From positions 1 through 31,127 of IMG/VR virus record IMGVR_UViG_3300033475_001778: 31,127 nucleotides of DNA; one strand, given 5' to 3'. The position numbers were made by a program, and so were the translations under genes. The first letter of the stretch is position 1. Each line of letters opens with the position of its first letter. This document shows, one piece after another, positions 8,589-18,037 of this stretch. The DNA comes from a virus (taxonomy: Duplodnaviria; Caudoviricetes). The notes below the pieces were generated by a model. The model made no database searches, was not told the origin of the DNA, and saw only the letters and a list, made by a program, of their open reading frames with translations.

Positions 8589-9625
8589 GCTGCTGTGGCC
8601 GCCCGCCTAATGCTATAGGGATTGAACCGTACGACCTCGTCCCCGACCCACTCATTTAGCTGCGTAAATCGGCGCTGTAGCGGTTCGATTTCATTCGCAC
8701 CGAATACCTCGGCCGCCGTGTCTGCGGCCCCAAACCCACCCGTATTGCTCGGCACCACGCCGATAAGCTGCGGCGGGACACGATGCGCGGCGAGCAGGTC
8801 GTCGCGCGTCACGTTCTTGATGTTGAAAAACTCGTCTTTTGCCGTGACCTCGGACACCGGGATGAGCTGAATCCCTTCCTTTTTTCCGTTCGGCGCGTAC
8901 ATGAACAGGTTACGGAAATTCCCCGGTCCCTTGCTGTTTTTCAGCGCCTCGCGCAACGCGTCTACGTCTTCCTGCTTCTGCGCTGCATCCGTCATGTAGA
9001 GGATAAAACCGGCGTGCGATCCGTTCTCGTAGTAGCGACGACGAAACAGCGTCGCGGACTCGTTCAACCATGCCGCGTGTAGTGCGCCGAGGTATTCAGG
9101 CAGGCCATACACTTCCTGATTGATATCCGGTTCCATCAGGTTAAAAATCACGCCCGGTTCGAATTCGTACCTTTCCTGTATGCCGTTGACCTGAAAGAAG
9201 CGCTGCAGATCGGTCGCACGTCGCATGTATTTAGCCGGCGCCCGCTTGAGCGCGAGCGTGCCGCCTAGCCGGTTCCTTTGCCTCTCGATCGGCCCATTGC
9301 CAAACACTAGGAAATCAAGCGCCCATTTGTCGAATTCCTGGCGCGTGAGCAACTTGTGAGGGATGAACGTGGACGACAGCACATTGCGCTTGAAGTAAAT
9401 CGCGGAGCTGTGATGCACGCCGGCCCGAAATGACTTCGCGAGGCCGGCAAACGACACCGGCGGCTCGAACCATTCGCCGGCCGACCAGCTCTCGACGTAA
9501 TCAAGAATCTCGGCGCGGTCCATAACGGGCATGGCGTCGCCAAACGTGAAGGCCTCGGCCTGTGGTGGCGTTGCGATCGGCGCCGGGGGTGTTGCGGCGT
9601 ATCGGTTTTGTTTGCGCTTGCTCAA
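8585..9625 (-). CDS. Q: Portal protein, P2 gpQ (PBSX family)
   Basis: AFTFGD, WFEPPVSFAGLAK, HHSSAIYFKRN, QEVYGLPEYL, YYENGSHAGFI, AAHRVPPQL. Confidence 0.97.
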   Translation of the reverse strand: MSKRKQNRYAATPPAPIATPPQAEAFTFGDAMPVMDRAEILDYVESWSAGEWFEPPVSFAGLAKSFRAGVHHSSAIYFKRNVLSSTFIPHKLLTRQEFDKWALDFLVFGNGPIERQRNRLGGTLALKRAPAKYMRRATDLQRFFQVNGIQERYEFEPGVIFNLMEPDINQEVYGLPEYLGALHAAWLNESATLFRRRYYENGSHAGFILYMTDAAQKQEDVDALREALKNSKGPGNFRNLFMYAPNGKKEGIQLIPVSEVTAKDEFFNIKNVTRDDLLAAHRVPPQLIGVVPSNTGGFGAADTAAEVFGANEIEPLQRRFTQLNEWVGDEVVRFNPYSIRRAATAA

Positions 9626-11400
9626 TTTGAAAACTCCATAAAGCCTGTGTTGTTGGCGGTAATGCCCTCTAGCGGTTCATTGCCGAGCGCGTGCAGGCAA
9701 GCCCATGCAAGATCGGCGTGCCCGGTTTCCTCGCTGCGGCTCGCTTCATAGGTGACGTGCTTTCCGCTCGCGGTCATGGTTTTGCGGATAGCCATGAAGG
9801 ATTGCGCCAGGTCCGTCCATCCAGCATCGAACTCGAGTCGGCCCTTTCCGATCACCGACAGGCCTTTAAGAACCAGCCGCCCCTTGACCTCTGGCGAGTA
9901 GTTGAGCGCGACAACGTTCGGGTAGAACTGGCGAACGAGCTGGTACACGCCCTGGCCGATGCCGGTCGTGTCGATCGCCATGTATTCGACGTTGAAATCC
10001 TGCGTGATGCGCCTGATCGCATCGGCCTGGGCTTCGAAGTCCATCCCGCGCCATTGCTCCTTCTGCAGCACGCGAAACTTGCCACCGGGCACCGCCGGCG
10101 GCGCCACCACGATCAAGCCGGCCGAGTCGCCGGATAGCGCTGGGTCATAGCCGACCCAGACAGGCCGGTATGCGAAAGGGCGGGGCGCCAGGGGCTTGAA
10201 GTCTTCCCACAGCTCCCATGAATCGACCATGCAGCGCTGCAAGTCGGCGAGCGGGAAAATCGATGCCGTGTCATCAATGAAATGACACATCAACAGGTTG
10301 AGATATTCCTCGGGGCTGTATTCAAGCCCCAGCTCGGCAAGGTCGAACAGGTTGCAACCGCCGGCAACCGCGTCTTCGACCGTCACGATCTGGCGCCACT
10401 GCCGATCCTCGCAAAGCCGGCCGCGTGCGAGTGCCTTGTGCGTTACGTCAAGGTGTAGATGATCAGCCTTGGCGCGGCCGCGGTTGAAATGGTCGCCAGT
10501 CCAGAAGGAATAGGCCTCATGCTGCATGCTCGATGGCGTGGAGAAATAGGTTTTTCTCCACTTGCTATGCATCGCCATGCCCGATGCAACCTTGTTCAGC
10601 TTGCGAAAGCCGCCGACCCAGAAATACTCATCGAAATAGAAGTTGCCGTGATAGCTCTGTGCCGTGCGCGCGTTCGTGCCGAGAAAGTAGAGCATTGCCT
10701 CGTTCGGCAACAGGATCGGCTCACCGGACAAATCAACGTCCGCAGCCTCGCGCGCAAACTGACACATGTACTGCCGGAACACATGCGCCTGTGCCTTGCT
10801 GGCCGATAGAAAGATCTGATTCCGGCCTGTCTCGATAGCGTCAACCAGCGCCTCGCGGGCGAAATACCACGTCGCACCGATCTGCCGCGATTTCAGGATA
10901 TTGCGCGTGCGCTGATCGCGCTGGCGATACCAGACCTTCTGATAGTCGAACAGCGAATCCCGGAACGCCTCGACGATCCTGTCGCGCTGTTCGTCGCTGA
11001 ATTCATTGCGTGCTGCCTTGGCTTTTCGCGGCGCCGTGTTGCGCGCCTCGATCGCGGGGTTTAGATCGCTCTCCCTGCCTGTTTCGCCGTACTTGTGGAC
11101 ACGTGCCATGCGCTCAACCTGCCGCATGAGCAAATCGACCTCCTTGAAGTCGCGACCGTCCTTTTCCGGCTTGGCAATCAGTACCGCAAGCCGCGTCTCT
11201 AACGACGACTCGATGCGCTCGATCGGCGTCGCCTTATCCCATTCGTCGCGCTGTTTCCATGCCTCGACTGTCGCGCGCTTGATCTCAAGATGACGCGCGA
11301 TCGACGTGACCCGCCAACCCTGCCAGTAGAGCGCGCGGGCTATACGGCGGGGGTCGGCATTCGATTCAAGGACAGGGGGAATTTCAGCGGCTTCTAGCAT
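9622..11400 (-). CDS. P: Terminase ATPase (large) subunit, P2 gpP; start placed at ATG 11400 rather than 11526
   Basis: ARALYWQGW HTH, LKSRQIGATWYFAREA, YFDEYFW, GYDPA, GHADLAWA; 592 aa fits P2 gpP size. Confidence 0.96.
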   Translation of the reverse strand: MLEAAEIPPVLESNADPRRIARALYWQGWRVTSIARHLEIKRATVEAWKQRDEWDKATPIERIESSLETRLAVLIAKPEKDGRDFKEVDLLMRQVERMARVHKYGETGRESDLNPAIEARNTAPRKAKAARNEFSDEQRDRIVEAFRDSLFDYQKVWYRQRDQRTRNILKSRQIGATWYFAREALVDAIETGRNQIFLSASKAQAHVFRQYMCQFAREAADVDLSGEPILLPNEAMLYFLGTNARTAQSYHGNFYFDEYFWVGGFRKLNKVASGMAMHSKWRKTYFSTPSSMQHEAYSFWTGDHFNRGRAKADHLHLDVTHKALARGRLCEDRQWRQIVTVEDAVAGGCNLFDLAELGLEYSPEEYLNLLMCHFIDDTASIFPLADLQRCMVDSWELWEDFKPLAPRPFAYRPVWVGYDPALSGDSAGLIVVAPPAVPGGKFRVLQKEQWRGMDFEAQADAIRRITQDFNVEYMAIDTTGIGQGVYQLVRQFYPNVVALNYSPEVKGRLVLKGLSVIGKGRLEFDAGWTDLAQSFMAIRKTMTASGKHVTYEASRSEETGHADLAWACLHALGNEPLEGITANNTGFMEFSN

Positions 11401-11447
11401 GGCCCCAAGTTTCTCGCGACGCGCACGCGCGAGCATCTCCGGGCGTC

Positions 11448-11466
11448 TGTACCCATATCGGGAACA
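11448..11466. promoter_or_regulatory. Ogr-family activator site of the divergent P/O late promoters
   Basis: TGT-N13-ACA dyad (TGTACCCATATCGGGAACA) in the P-O intergenic region; same geometry recurs before V. Confidence 0.65.
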
Positions 11467-11554
11467 TGTGCCAACCGTTGAGCCGCAGCACGCACGAACG
11501 CAAGATATGGACTCACGCTTAACCAACCTTTTAAACCTGCTGGAGACCTAACAC

Positions 11555-12574
11555 ATGCAACCTCGCAAGCTGTCGCTCATGTCTTTCGCTGCTGCGGCGA
11601 TCGCGTTCGCTTTCACGATGGACGCGCACGCGGCGACGCTCGCCGTGAGTAGCGTTCTCAATCATTCCGATTTCATCGGCGGCCACCTCGGCGCCGGCGC
11701 GCTTGCTATCGGCTCGGTCGCCGCGGCTGGCGCCGGCGAGTCGGTCAAGCATGCGGCAACGAAGTTTTTCCGCATCGCTGTCGAAGGCGCGACAAGTGAC
11801 GGCCGAAGCATCGATCGCGCATCGCTGGTACAGATGGCGAAGAACTACAACCCGGACGTGTACGGCGCACGGCTGAACCTCGAACACTATCGCGGCATCA
11901 TTCCTGACAGCCCGTTCAAGGCATACGGCGATGTGATCGCACTGGAAACCCGCGATGAAACCGGCCCGCTCGCTGGAAAGCTCGGCCTGTATGCCCAGAT
12001 CGCCCCGACGACCGACCTCGTCGCACTGACGAAAGCCAAGCAGAAGATCTACACGTCGTGCGAAATCGATCCGTCATTCGCCGACACGAATCAGGCCTAC
12101 CTGGTCGGCCTCGCCGTGACCGACAGCCCGGCAAGCCTTGGCACGCAGATTCTGTCTTTCGCAGCTCAGAACCCGGCGACCTCGCCGTTCGCGAGTCGCA
12201 AGCTGTCGCCGACAAACCTTTTCACCGCGGCCGAACTGGCGACGATTGAGCTGGATGAAACAGCCCCTGCGCTGAGCATGGGCGTGCTGTTCTCCCGTGT
12301 CGCCGAACTTCTCGGCAAGTCAAAAAAGAAAGACGCGAGCGACGAAACGCGATTCGCCGACGTTGGGCAGGCGGTCGAAGCGCTCGCCGCGCACGGCAAG
12401 GAACAGGCCGAAGCCGTTGCCAGCCTTACGCAAACCGTCGCGGAGCTGACCAGGCTGCGCGAGACCGATCGCCAGGCATTCGACGAACTGCACACGCAGC
12501 TTTCGACAACCCGCAACACGCCGACGCGGCCGCCGGCGACCGGCGCCCCCGCTGCTGTTGTCACCGACTGCTAA
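11555..12574 (+). CDS. O: Capsid scaffolding protein/protease, P2 gpO, with ~63-aa hydrophobic N-terminal extension
   Basis: KFFRIAVEGATSDGR, NLEHYRG, QKIYTSCEI, YLVGLAVTDSPASLGT, C-terminal TDC; SD GGAG at 11542. Confidence 0.95.
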   Translation: MQPRKLSLMSFAAAAIAFAFTMDAHAATLAVSSVLNHSDFIGGHLGAGALAIGSVAAAGAGESVKHAATKFFRIAVEGATSDGRSIDRASLVQMAKNYNPDVYGARLNLEHYRGIIPDSPFKAYGDVIALETRDETGPLAGKLGLYAQIAPTTDLVALTKAKQKIYTSCEIDPSFADTNQAYLVGLAVTDSPASLGTQILSFAAQNPATSPFASRKLSPTNLFTAAELATIELDETAPALSMGVLFSRVAELLGKSKKKDASDETRFADVGQAVEALAAHGKEQAEAVASLTQTVAELTRLRETDRQAFDELHTQLSTTRNTPTRPPATGAPAAVVTDC

Positions 12575-12612
12575 CCCGCATTCGTCCCCAACCGACCCCG
12601 GAGAATCCTTAA

Positions 12613-13629
12613 ATGCGCAATGAAACCCGGATTGCTTTCAATAAGTATGTGGAAGCGATCGCACAACTGAACGGCGTGCAGGATGCCACGCTGAAATTTG
12701 CTGTCTCGCCAAGCGTTCAGCAAAAGCTCGAGACCCGTATTCAAGAGTCGAGTGATTTTCTGAAACGCGTCAACATGATCGGCGTGACGGAACAGCAAGG
12801 CGAAAAGCTCGGCCTTGGTATTGGCTCGCCGATCGCCGGTACGACCGACACGACGAAACAGGATCGTGAGACGACTGACGTTAGCGACCTCGACGCGAAA
12901 GGGTACATCTGCACGCAGACGAACTTTGACTCGCACATCACGTATGCCAAGCTCGACGCGTGGGCGAAGTTCGCCGACTTTCAGGCCAAATTGCGTGATG
13001 CGATCGTGAAGCGCCAGGCGCTCGACCGCATCGCGATCGGCTTCAATGGCACCTCGCGCGCGGCAACGTCCGACCGCACGAAAAATCCGCTTCTACAGGA
13101 CGTGAACAAGGGCTGGTTGCAGAAGTATCGCGACGAAGCTGCAGCGCGCGTTCTGCACGAAGGCAAGGCGGCCGGCAAGGTGCAGGTAGGCAAGGGCGGC
13201 GATTACGAAAACCTCGACGCGCTGGTTTTCGACATTCTCGCGAGCATGGTCGATCCGTGGCACCAGGACGATACCGGCCTGTTTGTCTTTTGCGGCCGTG
13301 GCCTCATGCACGACAAGTATTTCCCGATCATCAACACGACCCAGGCACCGACTGAAACCCTCGCGGCTGACGTGATCGTGAGTCAGAAACGCATTGGCGG
13401 CCTGCCGGCGGTTAGCGTGCCTTTCTTCCCGGCCAATGCGCTGCTGATTACGCGTTTCGACAATCTGTCGATCTATACGCAGGACGGCGGCCGCCGGCGC
13501 AACATCGTCGATAACTCGAAGCGTGACCGGATCGAGAACTACGAATCGAGCAACGATGCGTATGTCGTCGAAGATTTCGGCTGCGGGGCGATGGCTGAAA
13601 ACATCGAGCTTCTGCCGAAGGCTGCATGA
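12613..13629 (+). CDS. N: Major capsid protein, P2 gpN
   Basis: MRNETR..FNKY, PSVQQKLE, ALDRIAIGFNG, NPLLQDVNKGWLQK, YESSNDAYVVED. Confidence 0.97.
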   Translation: MRNETRIAFNKYVEAIAQLNGVQDATLKFAVSPSVQQKLETRIQESSDFLKRVNMIGVTEQQGEKLGLGIGSPIAGTTDTTKQDRETTDVSDLDAKGYICTQTNFDSHITYAKLDAWAKFADFQAKLRDAIVKRQALDRIAIGFNGTSRAATSDRTKNPLLQDVNKGWLQKYRDEAAARVLHEGKAAGKVQVGKGGDYENLDALVFDILASMVDPWHQDDTGLFVFCGRGLMHDKYFPIINTTQAPTETLAADVIVSQKRIGGLPAVSVPFFPANALLITRFDNLSIYTQDGGRRRNIVDNSKRDRIENYESSNDAYVVEDFGCGAMAENIELLPKAA

Positions 13630-14309
13630 TGAAAAGCCCCGCCCAATGCCATTACGAACGCGTCTCGGCTGAACTGGCGGCGGCCTCGGCCGCGCCTGGC
13701 GGGTCGCTCGCCGGCGCGAGCGCGTACGAGCTGATGCTTGCGAAGCTGGCGACCGATCGTCGGCGACTGAAGGCGATCCAATCGATCGAACGCAAGATCG
13801 ACGTGAAGCGCGCCGAGCTGCTGCCCGAGTACGTTGAGTACGTCGCGGGCGCACTGCGCGGCGGGCGGGGCGCACAGGACGACGTGCTTACGACCGTCAT
13901 GATCTGGCGCATCGACGCGGGCGACTTCGCCGGCGCACTCGATATCGCCCGGTATGCACTCGCGCACCGCATGACGCTGCCTGACCAGTACGACCGGCCG
14001 CTTGCAACTGCGATCGCCGAAGAATTCGCACAGGCTGCACTGGCGGCGTTCAAGCTCGGTGAGACGTTCGACGCGAGCCAGCTCGCCGAAGTGATGACGC
14101 TGACCGAATCGGCCGATATGCACGATCAGGTACGCGCCAAGCTGCATAAGGCGCTTGGTAAAGCGCTGCAGGAGTCCGACAGCATGTCGGCCCTAGATCA
14201 CCTACGCCGCGCGTTGCAGCTCGACGAACGCGCTGGCGTGAAACAGGACATTGCCCGGCTCGAAGCCGAATCGGGCAATGCGGCCGGCACCAAAGCCGGC
14301 CGCAAGTAA
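13626..14309 (+). CDS. M: Terminase small/endonuclease subunit, P2 gpM
   Basis: SPAQ.H, LKAIQSIERK, QDDVLTTVMIWRIDAGD, DMHDQVRAKLHKA, GVKQDIARL. Confidence 0.95.
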   Translation: MMKSPAQCHYERVSAELAAASAAPGGSLAGASAYELMLAKLATDRRRLKAIQSIERKIDVKRAELLPEYVEYVAGALRGGRGAQDDVLTTVMIWRIDAGDFAGALDIARYALAHRMTLPDQYDRPLATAIAEEFAQAALAAFKLGETFDASQLAEVMTLTESADMHDQVRAKLHKALGKALQESDSMSALDHLRRALQLDERAGVKQDIARLEAESGNAAGTKAGRK

Positions 14310-14323
14310 GGAGCCCCCCCGGC

Positions 14324-14391
14324 ATGGCGGCGCCGGCTGACGAAACGCAGCACCTGACGGAAACGCGTTTCCGACGCCGGCCCACCGCCAT
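14324..14391 (+). other. Long intergenic stem-loop between M and L
   Basis: ATGGCGG/CCGCCAT, GCCGGC/GCCGGC and GAAACGC/GCGTTTC nested pairings, followed by CATTTT. Confidence 0.6.
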
Positions 14392-14411
14392 CATTTTCTG
14401 AGCCATGTCCC

Positions 14412-14903
14412 ATGAGTAGCTTTCTCGCGACCGCCGAACCGACCACGCCCCAGACACCTGGCTCGCCGGCCAATGCCGCGATCGTCACAAACGATGGCTG
14501 GTTTCCCGACATCGACATGAACGCCTTACGCGCCTCGATGCGGCTCGACGGCACCGCGACGCACGAGCGCTTGCGCGACGCCACGATCGATGCGATCACG
14601 AGCGTCAATGCGGAGCTGGGCACATGGCAAGCCAACCACATCGCGGCAGGTTACGCCGATCTGGCCGCCGTGCCGGCACCGCGGATCGGCGGCGAAAGTG
14701 TGCAACTCGCGCGCTATCGCCGGGCCGTGTTCAATCTCGCACACGCTGACCTTACCGAACGGTATCGCGACTTCGATTCGACGAAATCGGGTGGCCAGAA
14801 AGCCGAAGACCTCGAAATGACGATCTGCGAAGCCCGGCGAAACATCCGTTGGGCGCTGAGTGATATGCGCGGTTTGCCGCGCTCGACGATCGAGCTGATC
14901 TGA
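14412..14903 (+). CDS. L: Head completion/stabilisation protein, P2 gpL
   Basis: NDGWFPDID, MRLDGT.T.ERL, YRRAVF, ERYRDFDST, C-terminal TIELI. Confidence 0.93.
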   Translation: MSSFLATAEPTTPQTPGSPANAAIVTNDGWFPDIDMNALRASMRLDGTATHERLRDATIDAITSVNAELGTWQANHIAAGYADLAAVPAPRIGGESVQLARYRRAVFNLAHADLTERYRDFDSTKSGGQKAEDLEMTICEARRNIRWALSDMRGLPRSTIELI

Positions 14904-15109
14904 TGGAAGTGAAAACACTCCAGGGCGATACCGTCGATCTGCTTTGCTGGCGTCACTACGGCCGCACCGATGGAACTGTTGAGGCAGTACTGGAAGCGAA
15001 TGCAGGCCTCGCCGATATGGGCCTCGTGTTGCCAATGGACACGGTCGTCTATCTGCCGGCGATCGACACCGTCGAAAGCACCGCGCCACTTGTGCAACTG
15101 TTTGACTGA
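14903..15109 (+). CDS. X: Tail protein X
   Basis: QGDTVDLLCWRHYGRT.G.VEAVLEAN.GLA...VQLFD. Confidence 0.93.
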   Translation: MEVKTLQGDTVDLLCWRHYGRTDGTVEAVLEANAGLADMGLVLPMDTVVYLPAIDTVESTAPLVQLFD

Positions 15110-15120
15110 ATGGAGCCGCC

Positions 15121-15465
15121 ATGGCTGAACCGAACACCACCACCGCTGCAGCGCTATCGGCTGCGATCGGCCTCGCAGGCCTCGCGCCTGGCATCGACGG
15201 TAATGCACTGATCGGCGCTTTCACCGGCGCGGCTCTCGTCGTTGTCACATCGAAAGATATCGGCGTAGCGAAACGTATCGCGTACATGCTGATTTCCCTC
15301 GTCATGGGCTATCTCGCTGCGTCCGAAATCGTCAATGCGACGCCGATCCGGTCAACCGGCGTGGCTGCGTTCTTCGCGGCCGCGCTCGTGATTACCGTCA
15401 CGCTTCAACTGATCGAGCGGGTCAAAACGGTGGATCTGTTCGGCTTTCTCAAGAAAGGGGAGTGA
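15121..15465 (+). CDS. Putative holin
   Basis: Three to four hydrophobic segments, basic C-terminus, first gene of lysis cassette. Confidence 0.75.
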   Translation: MAEPNTTTAAALSAAIGLAGLAPGIDGNALIGAFTGAALVVVTSKDIGVAKRIAYMLISLVMGYLAASEIVNATPIRSTGVAAFFAAALVITVTLQLIERVKTVDLFGFLKKGE

Positions 15466-15466
15466 C

Positions 15467-15739
15467 ATGCACATCTCTTTCGCACTGATCGCACTGGCGG
15501 CGCACATTGCGGCGCTCGTGCGCGTGCTGACCTACCGGAAGAACGGCGCACGGCACCGGCACCGCGTCTCATGGGTTGCGTGGGCGCTGGTGGCTGTATC
15601 GGGCGGCTCGGCGATCGAGCTGACCCTACACGCGGCCGAAGTCGGTTTTTTCGAAGCTGGCACCGCTGTGCTGCTGGCGCTGTTCGTGTTTGGCGCGCGT
15701 GGGAACGTCGCGCGGCTTCTGCGGAGTGACGAACTATGA
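15467..15739 (+). CDS. Second holin-like membrane protein
   Basis: Three TM segments, YRKNGARHR, ARGNVARLL; directly upstream of the endolysin. Confidence 0.75.
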   Translation: MHISFALIALAAHIAALVRVLTYRKNGARHRHRVSWVAWALVAVSGGSAIELTLHAAEVGFFEAGTAVLLALFVFGARGNVARLLRSDEL

Positions 15740-16542
15740 AAACGCATCGCCTCGGCGACATTGGCGCGGACGTTGGACTGCTGCAAAGTCGCCTGATCCG
15801 GGCCGGCTACAAACTCACCGTAACGCACGTCTACGACGAAGTGACCGAAGCAGCAGTGATCGCGCTACAGACGAAAACAGGACTCATCGACGATGGCATC
15901 GCAGGCCCGAAAACGCTGGCTGCGCTCGCGACCGGCCGGCGCGATCCTAAACACCTGTCCATCGCCGATCTGGTCGCCGCCGCTGACAAACTCGGCGTGC
16001 CGCTCGCAAGCGTGCGCGCAGTCAATGAGGTGGAGTCAACTGGATCAGGCTTTCTGCTCGACGGCCGCCCGAAAATCCTGTTTGAACGTCACATTTTCTG
16101 GAAGCGCCTGCAGGCGCGCGGCATCGACCCGGCACTGATCGCGGCAAAGTATCCGAATATCTGCTCGCAGACGCGCGGCGGCTATATGGGCAACGCGGCC
16201 GAATACACCCGCCTTGCAACAGCCGAGCTGATCGACCCTGCTGCGGCCTATGAGTCGGCGAGCTGGGGCGCGTTCCAGGTGATGGGTTATCACTGGCAAC
16301 GGCTCGGCTATTCGTGCGTCGATGAGTTCGTTGCACGCATGGAGAACAGCGAGGCCGACCAGCTCGACGCGTTCGTACGCTATGTGGCGGCCGATGCGGG
16401 CTTGCTGGCCGCGCTCAAGGCCAGGAAGTGGGCGGCGTTCGCCAAGGGCTACAACGGCCCGGATTACGCCAGCAACCTGTACGACGCGAAGCTCGCGCAG
16501 GCGTGGCTCAAGTACGCCGACACCGACAGGGCGGCGGCATGA
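15736..16542 (+). CDS. Modular endolysin: peptidoglycan-binding domain plus N-acetylmuramidase (DUF3380-type)
   Basis: DGIAGPKTLAAL (PG-binding), AVNEVES.G.GF, PKILFERH, SASWGAFQVMG, FAKGYNGP.Y. Confidence 0.93.
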   Translation: MKTHRLGDIGADVGLLQSRLIRAGYKLTVTHVYDEVTEAAVIALQTKTGLIDDGIAGPKTLAALATGRRDPKHLSIADLVAAADKLGVPLASVRAVNEVESTGSGFLLDGRPKILFERHIFWKRLQARGIDPALIAAKYPNICSQTRGGYMGNAAEYTRLATAELIDPAAAYESASWGAFQVMGYHWQRLGYSCVDEFVARMENSEADQLDAFVRYVAADAGLLAALKARKWAAFAKGYNGPDYASNLYDAKLAQAWLKYADTDRAAA

Positions 16543-16973
16543 ATGCGATCGCCGCGAAGTGCTTCGCCGGTTTTATCGCGCTGCTGCTGATCGTCGCCGG
16601 CGTGCTGTACGTGCGCGAGCTGCGCGCCGTGCTGGCCGACACCGCGCACCAGCTCGACGACGCGAAACAGGGCATCGCGAACCGTGATGGCGTTATCAAG
16701 CGCCTGCAGCAAGACGCCGCCGACAAGGCGAAGCAACAGCAACAGCTCGACACTTCGACCAACAAGGTTGAGGTCACCACGGCCGCACGTCGTCAGGAAA
16801 TCAGGAGAGTAATCAGTGAAAATCCAATCGTACGCACCTGGGCCGATACTCCTTTGCCTGGCGACGTTGCCCGCTTGCAGTCAAGCCCCGCTTTCACCAG
16901 CGCCGACGATTACAGTTCTGCAATGCCAGCGAGTGACGCCGTGCGTGCTGCCGACAATGGCTCCGAAAACTAA
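16539..16973 (+). CDS. lysB: LysB/Rz-like inner-membrane spanin (start ATG 16539)
   Basis: Single N-terminal TM, coiled coil, EN..VRTWADTPLP; ATGA overlap with endolysin stop. Confidence 0.88.
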   Translation: MNAIAAKCFAGFIALLLIVAGVLYVRELRAVLADTAHQLDDAKQGIANRDGVIKRLQQDAADKAKQQQQLDTSTNKVEVTTAARRQEIRRVISENPIVRTWADTPLPGDVARLQSSPAFTSADDYSSAMPASDAVRAADNGSEN

Positions 16974-17094
16974 TGGCGAGCTGGACGCCGCATTCACGAG
17001 CGCGAAAGACGCATGGGCCAAGTGTGCGGCCAAGGTTGACATGATCGTGACATGCCAGGAAAAAACCCAGCCGAACCTCGACAGGCATGATTAA
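16816..17094 (+). CDS. lysC: LysC/Rz1-like outer-membrane lipoprotein spanin
   Basis: Lipobox LPAC, C..VTPC.LP, TNGEL, WAKCAAKVD; overlaps lysB 3' end in another frame. Confidence 0.85.
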   Translation: MKIQSYAPGPILLCLATLPACSQAPLSPAPTITVLQCQRVTPCVLPTMAPKTNGELDAAFTSAKDAWAKCAAKVDMIVTCQEKTQPNLDRHD

Positions 17095-17506
17095 GCCCGC
17101 AAGCTTACGCGCGGCACTCGTTGCGGCGATTCCCTCTCTCAAGGTCAACCCTGACGCGCTAACCGTCTTTATCGATCGCGGCTCGATCGCGGCCACCGGC
17201 GCACACTCGCTGTCGTTTGAATATCGATACGTGTGCAATGCGCTCCTGCTCGACTTCGCCGGTGAAGCGGACGATGTTTTTATCGCGCTCGTCGCCTGGG
17301 TTCGTGAGAATCAGCCAGACCTCGTGACAAACCTCGACGAACGCGCAAAGGGCATCACGTACGAAATCGACATACTGAACAATGCGACGGTCGATATCTC
17401 GATCAAGCTGACACTGACAGAGAGTGTCGTCGTGTCGGTCGATCCGGACGGCAAGCGCACCGTGACGCACGTCAACGATGCCGCCGAAGAATGGGTGGCT
17501 ACCTGA
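17087..17506 (+). CDS. R: Tail completion protein, P2 gpR
   Basis: M.KP.SLR.AL, NPD.L.VFID.G, SLSFEYRY, W.RENQPDL, LTESVVV. Confidence 0.93.
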   Translation: MIKPASLRAALVAAIPSLKVNPDALTVFIDRGSIAATGAHSLSFEYRYVCNALLLDFAGEADDVFIALVAWVRENQPDLVTNLDERAKGITYEIDILNNATVDISIKLTLTESVVVSVDPDGKRTVTHVNDAAEEWVAT

Positions 17507-17973
17507 TGGACGAACTGCACGCCGTTGAGAAATTTCTAGGCGGCCTGCTCGGCAAGCTCGAACCGGCCTCACGGCGGGCCGCGATGCGCGACATTGCGCT
17601 CGAGCTGCGCCGCAGCCAACAGGCGCGCATCGCTTCGCAGAAGAACCCGGACGGCAGCGCGTACGACGCGCGCAAGCCGCGCCGGAAGCCGGACGGCAAA
17701 CTGCGCGACAAGCGCGGCCGCATCAAACGTGCCGCGATGTTTGCGAAGCTGCGCACGGCCCGCTATCTCAAGACCGAGGCAGATTCGAACGGACTCGCGC
17801 TCGGCTTCGCCGGCCGCATCGCGCGCGTGGCGCGGGTCCACCAGTACGGGTTGCGTGACCGCGTCTCACCGAAGGGCGTCGAATACCAATACCCGGTTCG
17901 CTCCATACTTGGTCTCGCGATTACAGACCGTGAGTTGATACGCGACAAATTGCTGAAGCACATCACAAAATAG
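17506..17973 (+). CDS. S: Tail completion/virion morphogenesis protein, P2 gpS (start ATG 17506)
   Basis: LRRSQQARIASQKNPDGS, MFAKLRTARYLK, RVHQYGLRD, YPVR.ILG. Confidence 0.93.
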   Translation: MDELHAVEKFLGGLLGKLEPASRRAAMRDIALELRRSQQARIASQKNPDGSAYDARKPRRKPDGKLRDKRGRIKRAAMFAKLRTARYLKTEADSNGLALGFAGRIARVARVHQYGLRDRVSPKGVEYQYPVRSILGLAITDRELIRDKLLKHITK

Positions 17974-18037
17974 GACGCGCTTCAGCACTTTCCGCGATTG
18001 CCATTCTGGTATCGGTACATTCGAGCAAGTTGGGCCA

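Noticed and set aside
11401-11526. N-terminal extension of terminase gpP in the ORF track
   Set aside because: Runs through the divergent late-promoter region; ATG 11400 gives a typical gpP length
14337-14375. Hammerhead ribozyme (CTGACGA...GAAA)
   Set aside because: CUGANGA is present but the GAAA is not placed after a closing stem II, and no stem III/UH cleavage site could be built
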